Below are positions 47,700-61,528 of a DNA stretch of 64,000 nt, in pieces. Each line of letters opens with the position of its first letter. Position 1 is the stretch's first letter. Below the pieces are notes generated by a model. That model was not told where the DNA came from and did no database searches. It saw only the letters and a list, made by a program, of their open reading frames with translations. Source of the stretch: Haplodiscus bocki (lineage: Eukaryota); assembly GCA_965655095.1 (NCBI GenBank), contig OZ296648.1, positions 131,688,001 through 131,752,000 on the forward strand, in the 5' to 3' direction. A program made the translations under genes and the position numbers.

Positions 47700-50130
47700 C
47701 GCTAGCTTAGCGTTTTTCGTATAGCGCATTTAGGACAAATTTCGTCTTCCCGAAAGGTCAAAGCATTTGACCACAAAAGTTTCAAGTTTTTGATGGGTCA
47801 GCGTTGACTGTTAGCTCCAAATGACTCCGTATTACTGTAGTAAACGCTGACAAAGGCTTTTTGAGAACTTGATCTTTTGGCTTCTAAGCAAACATTGTTG
47901 AACCAAAAAAAAATAAAGGAGAGTAACTGTACTGATTACTCATTAATTATTTCGATGCAAAGAAATGCCGGACAGCAAACCAGTTTGCAGAAATATCTCC
48001 TTCTGGACACGTGTTGTGGGGCATTAGAAAGTGTCATTTCAGGGAAGCTGGACTCTCCGCAACCATGTTTAATCAACTTCTTTTTTTCTACACAAACAAA
48101 CCATGATTCTCTGTTTACTGTTCTGTTTTCAGTGAGCAGGAAAAGTGATGAGTGGTCGCTAGAAGAAAACTGTTAGAAGATCCCGCACTTTTGCATGAAA
48201 ATAAGCTCTACCGACAGGTAATCTTTCAGATTAGTCGGAGTAGAAGCTTTTGTCATTAAACGGTTCAGCATGTTGAGTTTTTCACTAGTGTTGAATAAGG
48301 TGGTAAATCTTATGCGTAAGTGATGCCCTGCAGTAGTTGAAGGACGTTTTACAAACAAGTACCGCACTTTCAAATTTACGTCCCTGGTAATTGAAGAATC
48401 ACTCCTTTAAATCTCATGCCTCTGCGAAACGGTTTTTGCCGGTTTCAACTTCTATTTTGCTTTGAAGAATGATGACTTCGCCGTAGATGAGTCACTCTTA
48501 CTTTTTCAACGTTGATGCATCATCACACGTCATCGCAGTATGGTACCATAATCTGGCACTTGTTCCTGTCTGTTCATGGAATCACTGACTCAGACTGTGT
48601 TAACACTCACCTGGTTAATTTTTCATGAGTAGCACTTATGCGTGTGGTACTGGTTTTGTGTCTGCTGCTTGTTGGGCGTCATCACCGTGCCGTTGGCCAC
48701 TGTTAAAAAGCTGCCGCTTTTGTATGTGTTGTTGTGGTTTTTGTCATTTTGATCAAAATATACCTTCAACGAAGTTAACTATTGCCCTCTTAGTCAGATT
48801 GGCGCTGTTTCTGACAAATTCAGGCGTCAGTTGCGTTGCCTACTTGTCAAACAAAGATAGTCTTTCCGAATTGATTACCACAAAGGATGGCACGGGAAAA
48901 AATTTCTTCCGAAGGAAGCATTCGAATAAAAAATTTAAACAATAATTGTTTTCCTGCTGTCACTAAGGATTCTTTCACTAGCTATGTTTCAAAACCAGTG
49001 GCCGAGTGTTTAGTGACCGGTATGGCGTGAACTGTTCGATTACCCCGATTTCAAGTTGAGACAATCCACTTCAAACTCCTCCCGTGTCGACAGTTTTGTA
49101 GTTTTCTCTTCACAATGTATTTTGTGAAAAATACAGCTTTTCAAAACCTTTGTCTGAATGTAGTGTGGGACTACCAATGTTAACATTTACTTGTTTTTAA
49201 AGGTATGGAAAGAAGGAACTTTGTGTTGTTACTGAAGTCCGGTCTCGGTTGTAAATTGAAAATTGATGGAATTGTGTCTGTGTAAAATTCGGTTGTCATT
49301 TGCGTCTGGTTGGTGTTTACTTTACATCAATAACTTCATAACATCTCCAGTCATCACGTCAGTTAAAAGTTCGAATTTTTCTTGACCTACCAACTTCCAA
49401 CTTCGTGCAGTCGTTTTTTCGGTTTGTCGGAAGTCATCGTTATTTGGTCGGCCGTCTGTTGAGTTTATAGTGACCGTCTTTTTTTCCTTCTGCTTTCTCT
49501 TCTGTTGCGTTGCTGAGAATTTGCTGTTACAGAACGTCCCGTGGTCAAAATTCTCCATACATGTGAGTGCACACTTGAGACGTTTGAGGGTCCGAAAAGC
49601 AGCGAGATTCTTTTAAAACTTAGCTTTTATACCAGTTGTTTTCGTACTGTTATTTTCTGCCGTCATTTTGTTAATGGATTCCTTCATGATGTCGGTTATA
49701 TTGCATGGTTAACGTTTGGTCTCTTCAGCAAAGTGATGTTCCAAAGAATACTGTCCTAATGGCGTTGATTTCCGCTTCCGTATTTTGCCTGCAGTTTTTT
49801 GCCGTGGCTAGTGAAAATAGAGGTGCGGCATAAATGTTGTTTTTTGTTTGGTTGCCAAATTTTACGCTATTTGGTTTCTTCTGTAACTTTTGTTTTGGAG
49901 TGCCATTTTCAACGTCATGGATTTTCTCCCTCCACTCTGCTTTGTGGTCAGCTGCTGTATGGGATTTGAGCCTTTACCATCGGAAAGTGTTTTGTTCTGT
50001 TTCCTACTGTTTGTTGGGCCTGCTTTTTGGGCGACATCGGTGCGCGTTATGCGAGCTTTTTGGAAGGAACGGTGGTGGAATAGTGTCGTCTGAAATATTG
50101 TTAGAAATGGCGTTTGTCTGAAAACATCTT
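47700..50130 (-). pseudogene. Decayed Ty3/gypsy internal fragment (protease and RT remnants)
   Basis: Minus strand ~48040-47840 reads TLSNAPQHVSRRRYFCKLVCCPAFLCIEIINE*SVQLLSF...KPLSAF (gypsy RT motif region); TVDTGG protease-like motif at ~49090; boundaries approximate. Confidence 0.65.
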
Positions 50131-50507
50131 AATTTCTTCTGCGCGGGTGTCTTCTGTAGTTGTGCAATAAATTTCGTTGCAGAGTGATCAGGAGTTTGCC
50201 AGAAAAAAATCTTTAAGCACTCAGTGGTAATTTCAAGGAAGTTTAGGAGTTAAAAAGTGCAGTTGTGGGTGCTTCATATAGTCTTAGACATCAGAAGCTC
50301 CCCTGGTTGTGGTGGTCCGTCGTGTTGAAACTGACTTGTTTGAAAATCTCCGCTTTGCACCGCCCCGTTGGATTCGAGCATGAGTCATGGTTAGACAGCA
50401 GAAAATCTGTTTGGACCTACTGTGTGAAAATCAATTGCCAGAAATCGGAAAATGCCTGTTTAGCACTTTTGATTAAGAGTTACATTTGCTCGCATCGAGG
50501 AAAAACG

Positions 50508-53500
50508 TACTACTACTACTCCTAAAAGACTTGAATTATGAGTAATCATAAATGAATAGACACCAATAACTTAATTATTTACAGATGACAGCAATAGCAT
50601 TGAATGAAAGAAGCACATGATTTCCTTTCATAGGAATTAAGGTAATAATTCCAAAAAAGAGATTTCAACAGGGGTTTGACTTTTTCACATGGATCATAGA
50701 AATTTATATTGTGTTTCATTGAAACGAAGTTCGCAAGTCTCGTTGCTCGATGGATGAAATTTGAATCTGTCAGTTTCAGTTTTGTTTTTTGGAGTTTGAA
50801 AGGAGGAAAGCTAGTTTCGCGGAGGTTTTGTCTAGGTGCTTTAGAAGGCTCTATCAGGGACCGAACTTCAGGGCCAAGTTTTCCATTCAGAACCTTGTTG
50901 AAGGTTAGTAGATCCTCTAACTGAAACAGAAGAGACAGTGGTAGAATGTTGCTTTGAATAAGACGCTCTTTATACGTGTCATATGAAGTTATCCAACGCG
51001 TGACTCTACTTTGGAAACTTTCCAACTTTTCCATATTAGTTCTGTTTGCGAACCAGACAGTGGATCCATATAAAATCAAGGGCCTTATATAAAGAACATA
51101 AAGTGAAGCTTTTTGACTGGTGGATAGATTATTTGGCAAGTTTCTTTTGATGGAGATGAATCTACCATGAGCTTTACAAACTTTCGACTTGATATGCTCA
51201 GTCCAGGACAGATTATAACAAAAACCTACTCCCAAATCCATAACTGGCTTTCGAGTAAAAGAAATGTCTTCACCGCCAAAAACACAAAGAGGTTGTTCTT
51301 TAATGTCCTCTCTCTTCAGTGTGAACCATATTAAACTTGTTTTGCTGAAATTGAACTGCATTTTATTTTCCAAGGACCACTGATGTAGTCTAAGAAGATC
51401 ATTCTGAAGCAAGACTGGATCTGTATTGTGGATTTTTGTGTCATCGGCGAAGAGATAAGCAATAGAGGTTTCAAGCACATCCGGAGGGTCATTAACAAAA
51501 ACCAAAAACAGCAGAGGCCCAAGCACAGAACCCTGTGAAACTCCATTGTTTATAGGCAAATACTCGGAATAGATGTTATTTATGACCGTCCGCTGGGATC
51601 GATCTTCTAGATTGGATGATAGAAGTTGCAAAAGTTTCCCACCAATGCCGAAATTTTTTAATTTTTCAGTTAGCAGGTAATGATTCACTTTATCGAAAGC
51701 TTTGCAGAAATCGAGATATAGTGTAAAAACTTCTTCGCCTATGTCAAGAGAGTCGTGTAGTAACTTTGAATGCAATAGTAGTTGACTAGTTGTTGAGCGG
51801 TTCTTCATAAATCCATGCTGTGAAGAGTTTATTTTCGGTGCAAGTAATTTATATAGGTGCTTGAAAAGAAGCCTCTCAAAGCTCAATGATAGCCTGGAGA
51901 GGTTGGCAACAGGCCGATAATTGGATATAATGTTTTTTGTTCCTTTTTTATGTAGAGGCTTTACATCAACTAATTTCCAGTTATCAGGATATTTCGCAGT
52001 TTCCAAGATACTTCTGGCCAAGCCAAGAAAATGTATACTCAATGGAGTTGCAATTGTCCGAATGGTTGCGCCTGACATGTTGTCAGAACCCATACCATCA
52101 CTTGTTTGAAGAAGCGTTTCAATGACTTCTCCAAGTGAGAATTCAATTTCGTTCAGAACAGAAGGAGGGAAGTCTTTGTATTGTCTATCGCATGGTGTGA
52201 ACTGACTTATGAAGAAAGTATTGAATTCCTGCGCAATTTCCGAAGGTCCAATAAATTGGTTATTGTTAAGAAACGTTTCATTCGGGAACTGATCTTCAAT
52301 CCGAAAAGATTCGATAAGTTTGTAAATTTCGTTCATTTTGGTATTGAATTTGAGGAAATTTTCGAAGAAGAGTTGTGTGTCCAGTTCAATTGACTGCAAC
52401 AGATTTCTCTTAATTACGAAGTACTTTGATTTGACAAACTCCCTTCGCATCAAGGTTGAAAAGCAATTCATTAGGTGAGTCGTATGTGACGAGAAATAAT
52501 TTGGTAAAGACTGGCGATAAAATCTTTTGTTTTTCATATAAACCAGCAAAATTTGATGCAAAATCCATAACCAATTCTGTGAATAGAAGAGATCAGCTAT
52601 TGCATCTTGAAAAGAAAGAAGACTGGTTGAAAGATCGAGTTTCAAAAACTCAAGCCTCTCTGGACCCAGGACGAGCCTACTTCTGGAATTACGCATCTTA
52701 CCATCGACCGGAAGTAAATGTTGTGTTGAGAGTGTGAAGTGTAGCAAAGCATGATCAGAGTGGTCACAAAACTCTGACTCGATGGAGACACTAACTTGAA
52801 AGTTACAAAGAAAAACGTCCAGGGTATTCCCAGACTTGTGAGTAACAATGTCGACATATTGGCTAAAACCGTTTGTCAATAGAAAGGAGGATAAAATAGG
52901 ATAACTGGTAATATCATGGAATGGTAAAGATGACCAGTCAAATCCAGGAAAATTGAAGTCGCCAATCAGAATTATTTTGTCGTCAGTTGACCAGGAGTAT
53001 TGCCGAAAAGATTCTTCTATGAAATTCGTTAGCCGGTCATCAGAGATCCGGTATTCACTGCTAATTGGCGGGTTGTAAATCAGCAAGAATAGAATACCTT
53101 CAATTACTGTAGAGCAACCACAGTCGAACAGAGGTGTTAACGTAGTAGACTTGCTTGGATCCCAATCAAACGCTGCTGTACCACCATGTATTCCCAAGCT
53201 TCTATCGGAACGACAAATTTGAGCTGGAGTGTTGTTGGAGAAAACCACTGAACTTGCATCCCAGACAGAATTAAAGGTAACGAGCAGTTTTCTGGTTCTC
53301 CCATCAACAAATTTCCCAATGCGTCTGCATTCCTTAATCGGATATGTACATCCGATTGACAAGCAGACGTTCTCAACTTCTTCTTTATCTTCGAACTGAC
53401 GTTTGATTCGACTTGCTTGATTGTTTTCTGGAATCCCACTTACCCGGACCTCGTATTGGTATTCATCAATATTTTTTGATGGAGATACCTTTTCTACATT

Positions 53501-53860
53501 TTGCATTCCTTTTTTAGCGGACAGTTCGATGGGCGGAATTTTCGTAATGGAGGTTTGTAAGTCATTGTCAACGGAACTTAGCTTTCGAGTTTGTTTGGCC
53601 AGTTCCTCGACTGCTTTCGTCTGTGGAAGACAAGAATCGCAGAACCAGAGGCAGTTTGATATCCTCCCCAGCACCCTGATGTCCTCGGAAGAAAGAGACA
53701 CGCAGGCGCCATGGAACCATCTGCTGCATTCATCGCACATGATACAAGGATCCACGTGCTCTGCTATTTCCTCCTCACATTGGCCACATCTTTAGTGCTT
53801 TGCTTTGTCATCTGAGACACTCGCTTTTGATCGTTTTGGAGGCATCGAAAGATCTGAAGT
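50508..53860 (-). mobile_element. CR1/L2-like LINE with an internal deletion fusing ORF1 and ORF2
   Basis: PHD-finger ORF1, partial APE, RT, Cys-rich C-terminus, short 3' UTR ending in an (AGT)n tail at 50508-50520. Confidence 0.9.
50579..53845 (-). CDS. Fused PHD-ORF1 / truncated APE endonuclease / reverse transcriptase ORF (in-frame stop at codon 18)
   Basis: ATG 53845 MPPKRSK...KH*RCGQC...CIMCDECSRWFHGAC...WFCDSC; IYNPP, LIGDFNFP, GNTLD, SDH; YRPVANL, YLDFCKAFDKV, QGSVLGP, FADD. Confidence 0.85.
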
Positions 53861-56800
53861 TGACTTATTAAACAGCCGAAGCTATTTAATAAGTTTAACA
53901 CAACAATTAGGCTATGAAATCTGAATTTACTTTATGAAATTAGCTTATGACATATTTTGAAGACCCTATATCTATCTAGTGCAAACATAAAGAGCATTGA
54001 ATACCCTTGATGTAAAAACTTTTATGCAAAATTACTTTCACTCCCAACGATATGAACGGGATTATGTATTACTTATAAATGTGCACATTGACACCAATCA
54101 CGCCTCACCTGTTGCTATTTATGCGAAGCACCCGAATCCATGGGTTAGATAATCTTTCGGAGCTCAGGTGCTACAAACCTCGCTTCACTGCAGTCATATG
54201 GCTTATCATTGATTTTCTAACTTACAGTGAGCCGCAACACACATCAGTCTATTTCACGTAGTTTTTAAACATTTACACGAATGCGTTTTACTACACAGGG
54301 TTGTCCTACTCAAGCGCAATCCTCCAATAAATTTCATCAAAAGGAAGTGAACCGCAGGATGCATCGCTACAGAGTATTTCATAGGAGCAACATCAAAGTT
54401 TATTGATTAGAGTGGGCCGACATACATATGGCTCCAGAAATTCAGAATTCAGTTCGCACCAGCTTCCAAAAAAAATCCACGAGCCATCACACTCATCATC
54501 CAAGGTGCAGTCAAAATTGAACGTCTTGAAAATTCATCATCGATAATGAGCCATGCCACACTTCACTTTTGAATGTTCATTATTCACCGCTGTAGTGGTG
54601 CAATGTTAATATTGAGCTCTAGCAGACCTCACTCCAGTGTTATCTTAATGACAAAACGCGATAACTGCTCTATCGATTGCTACACGTATTGCCTACAATA
54701 ATTCAAGTGTATATTCAGTCAGTAATAAGAAAACACAATAACTTGCCGTGAGCCGTACAAGTGCTCACTGTAGTCATCCAAAGCAATTACCATCGATGCA
54801 AATTAGTGCTTTTAGTAACGGATTGGTTACCTGATGCAATTACAGAGACAGTCACAACCTGATTCGTGCGGTCAAAACCACATAGTTCATTCATAAACGA
54901 AGGAGCGGTAGTGCAAATGCATTCATTAGAAGGATAACCGATGCTTGCTGGAAATGTTAATTCAGGTTTGAATGTGAGATGCAATAAGAAACACTTAAAG
55001 AGTCACGTGATTTAATTGCCTTCGCATTTAAGCCACAACTCCATGGCGCTAAAAAACTCGGCGGAACCATGACTGAGCACTAATCGCGATAGAACCAGTG
55101 TTACACTGCTACAAAACTCTTGAAATTTCGTGAAGTCATGGTGTCATCAAATTCGCTTATCATTAATCTCATTCTGACTTTAGTATTTTTTACTTTTTTA
55201 ATTTAGCTTGATTCATGACCACACCGTACTTTAACACACATTAGTTTCGGACAAAGTTCATTTTTTAAGATTAACGGAACTTTCTTAGTTAGTGAACAAC
55301 GAAAACGAAGCCGGTACTCAGACATGTGACAGTTACTGAGGTTAAAGTGAGAAGGAGAAACGGACTCTCGAGGGATCGAAATTTTCGGACTATCCGTCCA
55401 TGAATTGATACTTAGATCGGTTGACGAACGGATCAAACAGGCAGCTGAACCAATCGTCAGACGAGTAGAAGAACTATGTACCCTGCTAGCGGGTTGGATT
55501 GAGAAGTCGGTGGAAACCGTGAAGCGTCCGGTTGGAGGCGTGACGACACGTTTGCTAGCTCTTCACCTAACCGGCATGACAGTTTGACATAGAAAAAGGT
55601 TTATTTAGTGGTGTGATTCCGCCGATCGACCGAAAGCGTTGTGTGATATGAGAGTGATGCTGGTATGTGCCTTTGATTCATCTCTGTCGGTCCGCTGAAG
55701 GACGGTGTCCTTGTTCGCCGTCTTCCGTTCGTGATGGATGTAAAGTGATGCTTACGCTAAACTTTTCTGGCCCTCTTGCTTAAGCTCTAACTCCTGCTTC
55801 ATATATGTAGGACTTTGTTTTGTTCAAACATTCTTATCGTAAAGTGCTTTACTGTGCGGAAAACATGAACGCGGACGTTTTCCGTAGTACTGAATTTCCA
55901 GCTATTTTGGTTTGTTCACAGTCTCATTAGTGAATATATTAAAATCTATAGCATTTGTAGTGGTTTGAGTTTGCGGCCAAAGAAAAGCGATGTCTGTAAG
56001 TGTCTTTTCATTCTTTCTGCGTGTTTAAGTTTCATTCAGATGGTAGTTTTGTCGAAAGTTATGCACTTCTGGTTTGATGTTACTTCAGCCATCAATTTTT
56101 AAAAAACTCAAGAAGAATATACACGAAACATATTGTTTCAAATATCAGACAACTGTTTTCATATTGTGGGGAAGAGAAGTTCCGCAACATATTTGTAGTT
56201 TTACTCTTTTGCAATTTGTGGCTGCAGAAATTTCTGAGAGATCTTGTCACAAAATTAACATCGTTCCTTCATATCGTACACTTGATTTGATGATATCTAT
56301 ATTACTCATGCTTCCCCAACGGAACCATGGCCAATGTAAATAGATAAAAAGTTAGGAAACATAAATGTCAACTACATTTTTTTGTTGTTAAATATTACGC
56401 AACTGTATGTGCGGTTTCAACCTTTGTTACAGGAGAAAACCTCTTTTTTTATCACACTATTGCACCAACTTCATTATTATTGTTCCACAAGTTTCGAGTG
56501 CCACATATTGTCGCAGCACATCTGAAAAGCCTTCGGACGAGAGCGGCAGAAGGAAAAAACATTCCCAGACCCTCAGGGAAAATGATGAACTGTAAGAAAA
56601 AGCACAACAAACTTGATATTTCATCTTTCTTCCATTTCGCACTTATCTGATCAGCATCAAATACGGATCACCCTAGTGAATTGATACAGACTAGGACGGA
56701 ACTGTCACGGGGAAAACGGTTGTTCGCAGAGTTTTCCATTCTAAAAGGTGCTAAAACTGTAGTACGCTAATAATTTTGTTTGATATAACTCCACTTTTTC

Positions 56801-57544
56801 AGTGTATTTAATTTGGTTACTGTCCTAAAATGCTATCAAATTGACGTTGTCAAATAGTTAAAAAAATGCCTCCGCAGTAGAGAACGAAAAATTCCAGGAG
56901 TGAATTATTGTTCTGTATGTGTTCTGTTGCAACTAGTCTGAATGAGTAAACTAGTAGTGTCACTAGTTTGTCTTCATTTCTCGAGACTAATACTAATGAT
57001 TGAATGAAAGATGAAAATTGCATGAAACTTCATGTTTTTTTTACTATCACTTTCAGTTTTTCATATCTGCTGCTTTAATTTTATAAATCTTTTCATTCTC
57101 CCGATTGAGAAAATGTTCAATTTCGCCAACTATGGAATATCCGGTGACGTGTGTGTAGATATTTATCGGCGTGGGAATCAGCAGTTTGATGACCATTAGG
57201 TCCTTCCATTTTGTGCCAAAACATAGAAAAGACGCGTCGTGTGGGTGAAGAAATGGATAGAAAAGGTGTTTATTTCCCGCCAGAGTCGGTTTTTCCGCTT
57301 TGATATTTATCAAAGTGTTTTTGCTTATTTGTTCTTTGACGTGGCGTGAAAACACTTATGTTTCCCCCCCAAGGAAGAGGTATAAAAAGGAGATTTGAAA
57401 AAAATGTACTGTGGATATTAACCAGTAACTGTTTTTCCGAAAACGTGGCTATTCAATTTTCCCAACTGTTATTAAACAGTAATAAATAATTCAGTCTCAA
57501 AACACTGCTTCCCTTATTTCTCCCTTCTTCAAATTTGGCGACCT

Positions 57545-57930
57545 GGAAGAATGAAAAGAAGTTAGCAGCCATCAACAGGGATATTTATGAGGATCATCCC
57601 AGTATAACCAGGCTCGAAACACAAATTCTCCTAGAATCCAGGAAGAATTTATTATGCAGAAGTCAGAGGAAATTGAGGGTAGAGTGACAAAGAAATGTCC
57701 CAGGAGTTCAGTAGGACGGGAAGTCGCGTTTTGGGATCTTGATCCAGACTAGATGATTTTCTTCTGATCCCACAAGCCCGGGTTTATTCCGGTTTGGTTC
57801 CGGAGGCATCCCGGAATTCAAACATAGAAAACCAGGGAACGAATGAAAACCGCTCCCAGAGTGATCCTCATCCTGAAATGGGTGCCTCCTTGAGCCAATC
57901 CTCACAAGAATTAAGTCCAGAAGAGACATC
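57545..57930 (+). repeat. Dispersed repeat with coding-like remnant, copy 1
   Basis: Diverged homolog of 60230-60625 (e.g. GTCAGAGGAAA...GAGGGT...AAAGAA...CAGGAGTTCA...GTTTTGGG). Confidence 0.6.
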
Positions 57931-60229
57931 TGACACATGCACGTACTTCAAAACACAGCTGTTTTAAATTAACGTACGCAGTCGGTAATCTCAAATTTGA
58001 TGACGTTTTCAATTGAATTCACATTTTGCTAATTATATTCAGCGCGTTTGTTCATCTTCATTAGTGACCTGTAATTTGTAGGTTACCGTTTGAAAAAGTC
58101 CTTTTAACCGTTGTAGGTTCTTTTACCGTTCGAAAACTTTTAATTAAATTCTTAGAAGATAAATCCTTGAGCTGTTTAGAAACTTGCAAAATATTTTTCA
58201 CTGGAATTTTTCCAAAAGTAAAAAGCGCCAGATCATCATGCCAAATTTTCTTGTTCTTTCAAGTTTTTTTCGAGAAAGCTTCGAGAAAAACGATTACTTT
58301 TTGAGACAGTTGCTGAAAAAATGCATTTGAGGCATCTGTATTTTTTCATCATCCATGCAGTTTCACTTATTTGGCATTTTGTGAACCACAATTTCTGATG
58401 TTTCCATGTTAATCAGAAATCGAACTTTTATGAACATCAAACCAGTGAAGGTTTATCAATTTCTTAATTCACGGCTCCACTGGAAATTTCACTCAGCTTA
58501 AGTTCACCTGAGACGCCTTAGGTAATCTGATCCCCATGTAAAATCATTGAGTTTTCAATATATTTCGCCTCAGTTGTGCAGATACATGTTTATTACTAGA
58601 GTGGACTGAAAATTTTGTCGATATTTCTTACTTCAATCCTTAAAGCAAAAATGGTGCTTTTATTTCATTGGATTGTTACTTCTTGCATCGATTTGTCAAG
58701 TGCTTCTCTATAGTTGATCGTTACCTGAGTTAACTCAGGTATATAACCTGACTAGGTCTCAAACAAGCTAATCTGATCAATTTCGTTCATGGGATTTTTC
58801 AAACTGAGAAAAAGCTAAAACTCCACAAATTCATTATCACGACCACATTTTCAAACATACGCAAGCGCAAGAGGCCAAAGTAAACTACTGCGCAGTTATG
58901 CCGTTATTTCAAGGTTGAAAAGTAAGACGAATGGTTCTCATGAACGCTGTCGAAACATTTGCACAGACTCAAACTGAAAAGTCGAGTTTCCACATGTTTA
59001 ACTACAGTAGCACATCTGCCAAGCCAGCGGGCAAGCAAAACCAAAAGGAAGGACATCCCAAGATTTACAATAAAACTAAGACTCTGCATCCTATTTAAAA
59101 GCCTCATTTATACTTACATTTCAATTACATGTGAAGTGATCCGTAAACATACAGATCACTCCAGTAAACTGGGTTAGTCTAGGATGGAACCGTCACGGAA
59201 CAAACATATTTACATCGCATCTTATACAAGTCTAAATGTGCTATGTCGCGTTAACTTATGTACTACTCTACTATGAGAATCCAACTTCTAGAGAAAAAAG
59301 AATCCAACTTCTAGAGAAAAAATTCAATTGATATGCAGTATTTTGACAGTGCTCAGGAAATAATGAAAGCTAAACAGTGCAAATGTAGTAAAGCGTGAAG
59401 GACTCCAGGAGTGACATTTTTTCCGTACGTGGTCCGTCGTTACTAGTCTGGTGACGTCAATGTCATTCCAATTAACCTTAAAATGCTAGCATGCCATGCA
59501 AAAAAAGCTAAATATGAAATAGTTCCGTCTACACTCTTTCGTGCATCACGCCAGCACTACTCTGCTAAGCGACACAAGTAAACACGGAACTGCTCCGGAA
59601 TGATTTGGTTGACTTGTAGAAAAGACTGGGAACGTTTCTACTTCCTACGTAGTCTTCATCGTAACATTTCAGAAAGTTAGCACATCCCCTCGTGTCAACA
59701 TGAACAAATCATGATCATTTCGTGCTATAATTTTTTTCAGCTCAAAATGTGATTTGTAAAATGATTTTTGTACTTTCTAATTATGCAAAGCCATTGATCA
59801 ACTGTTTCTATCATGATGTCGTCGCAAGATTGAGCATTTTATGTCCAATTCCTTCCAACAGATTTGGACAGTCTTTTCTCTGTCCAAAATGGAAACGACG
59901 CAGACTATGAGGAAGGAAATGGATGGAAACGTGTTAATTCCTGCGTACGCCGGCATTTTTTGCTTCCTAATTTTCATGATTAAAGAACCCCATTTCTCAC
60001 ATTGAACTGACGTCTAAACAGTTAAATTTCTCGCCAATGGAAAAGTATAAATAGGAGGAATGAAAATACCGGTATAAAAATTAGTTCTACTGATGATTGT
60101 AACCAGTCTCAATATTTATTAACAGACGATGTTAACCAGTTTTAATCTTCCAGGTTGCAAGATAAATTAAAACACGTCAAATCAGTCTTTGATACTGCCT
60201 AAGTATATTTCTTTGAAAAAGGCAAGACT

Positions 60230-60625
60230 GAAAAAGAAGCAAAAGTTGGCAGCAAATGCAAGAAAAAATCAGGAAGAACACATATGGAAGAACCAATGAC
60301 AGATCACAGCCGTTCCTAGAACTCAAGAAGATTATATTACTCAGGTGTCAGAGGAAACAGAATGGAGGGTGAAAAAGAATTTGCCTCAGGAGTTCAATTG
60401 GACACAGCGCCGAGTTTTGGGCGCCCCGTCAATTTTAGACGTTTTCCTTCTGAGTTCACAGGTCCGCGAGCTATCCGGAATCGTTGCGGGAATTTCCCGG
60501 AATTCTAACGGAGAAAACCAGGAACCTGATGCGGACAGTTCCCAGAATGATCCTTACCCTGAAGTAGGTAACTCCGTGAACCGGTCCCCTCAATTTACGA
60601 ATTTGGAACCTGATGAGGTATCTTA
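60230..60625 (+). repeat. Dispersed repeat with coding-like remnant, copy 2
   Basis: Homologous to 57545-57930; reads DYITQVSEETEWRVKKNLPQEFNWTQRRVLGA. Confidence 0.6.
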
Positions 60626-61528
60626 CATCAACATTTTCTAGTGTTTGCTGAGAATTCAGGGAGACTTGCATAGAAAACTCTTTTAAAAATTTATGATAAT
60701 TTCTTAAGAAGTTAATTGAGAGGTCATGTGGTTATTTCGTAGGAATCTCGGTGAAATCTCAGGTAATGTCTGCTATCCACATGTTGTCCCGTTTACCTGA
60801 GTCCCTGAGGTAGTAACACCTTAATTTCCATGTAAGTTACCTGAGAAAAAATTTCAATTTACATTTTTAAAATTGCTACATTGTATGCAAAACATATTTG
60901 AGGTGTGGAGCTATTCAAACATGTCAGAATATTTTCACAAAATAGGCAGAATCAAAATCTATCCGGATCTATGGGCTGGATTCCAAAGCAGTAGTGTCTT
61001 CCGGTAATTGCTGATTTCAGAATGAAACGTGTGGTAAAAAAAATAAAAACTAAATGGTGTGAATGGCCTCTTGAGAAAATTGCCGTATACTGAAATATAT
61101 CAGTTGGTTAATCGAACACTTTGCAAATTTTCTCTGAAAACGGTTGTGTCTTCAGAAAAAGCTCACAAATTATAATATTGTTCTACAGGTATCTGAGCAA
61201 CAAAATTCAGTATGAAACTTTTAGAGCTGGTCCTCGTTAGGAACAAAAAATTGCGCGAGTTACGGCTGTCCAATTGTGAAGAAACCCAGATTGTGGAAAC
61301 TCAGCTGAGCTCCGGAAGCAATGGCGGAATCAGCCCAGTGTTTTGAATAGATTAGAAAAGTTATTTCAATTGGGTATTGTAAAAATAATAATTTGTTGCT
61401 TTTTTTATAAAACCCAAGAAGGGTAAAAAAAGAAGCAATACTTCTCTTCTAGCCCGCGCTTTTGAAAAACAACAAAAGCACATTCACACGTTTTTATTAT
61501 GATTTTCTACAAGATTGTTTTGCCCCTT

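Noticed and set aside
59276-59321. 23-bp perfect tandem duplication (a similar one lies at ~44141-44177)
   Set aside because: Ordinary local slippage duplications with no sign of function
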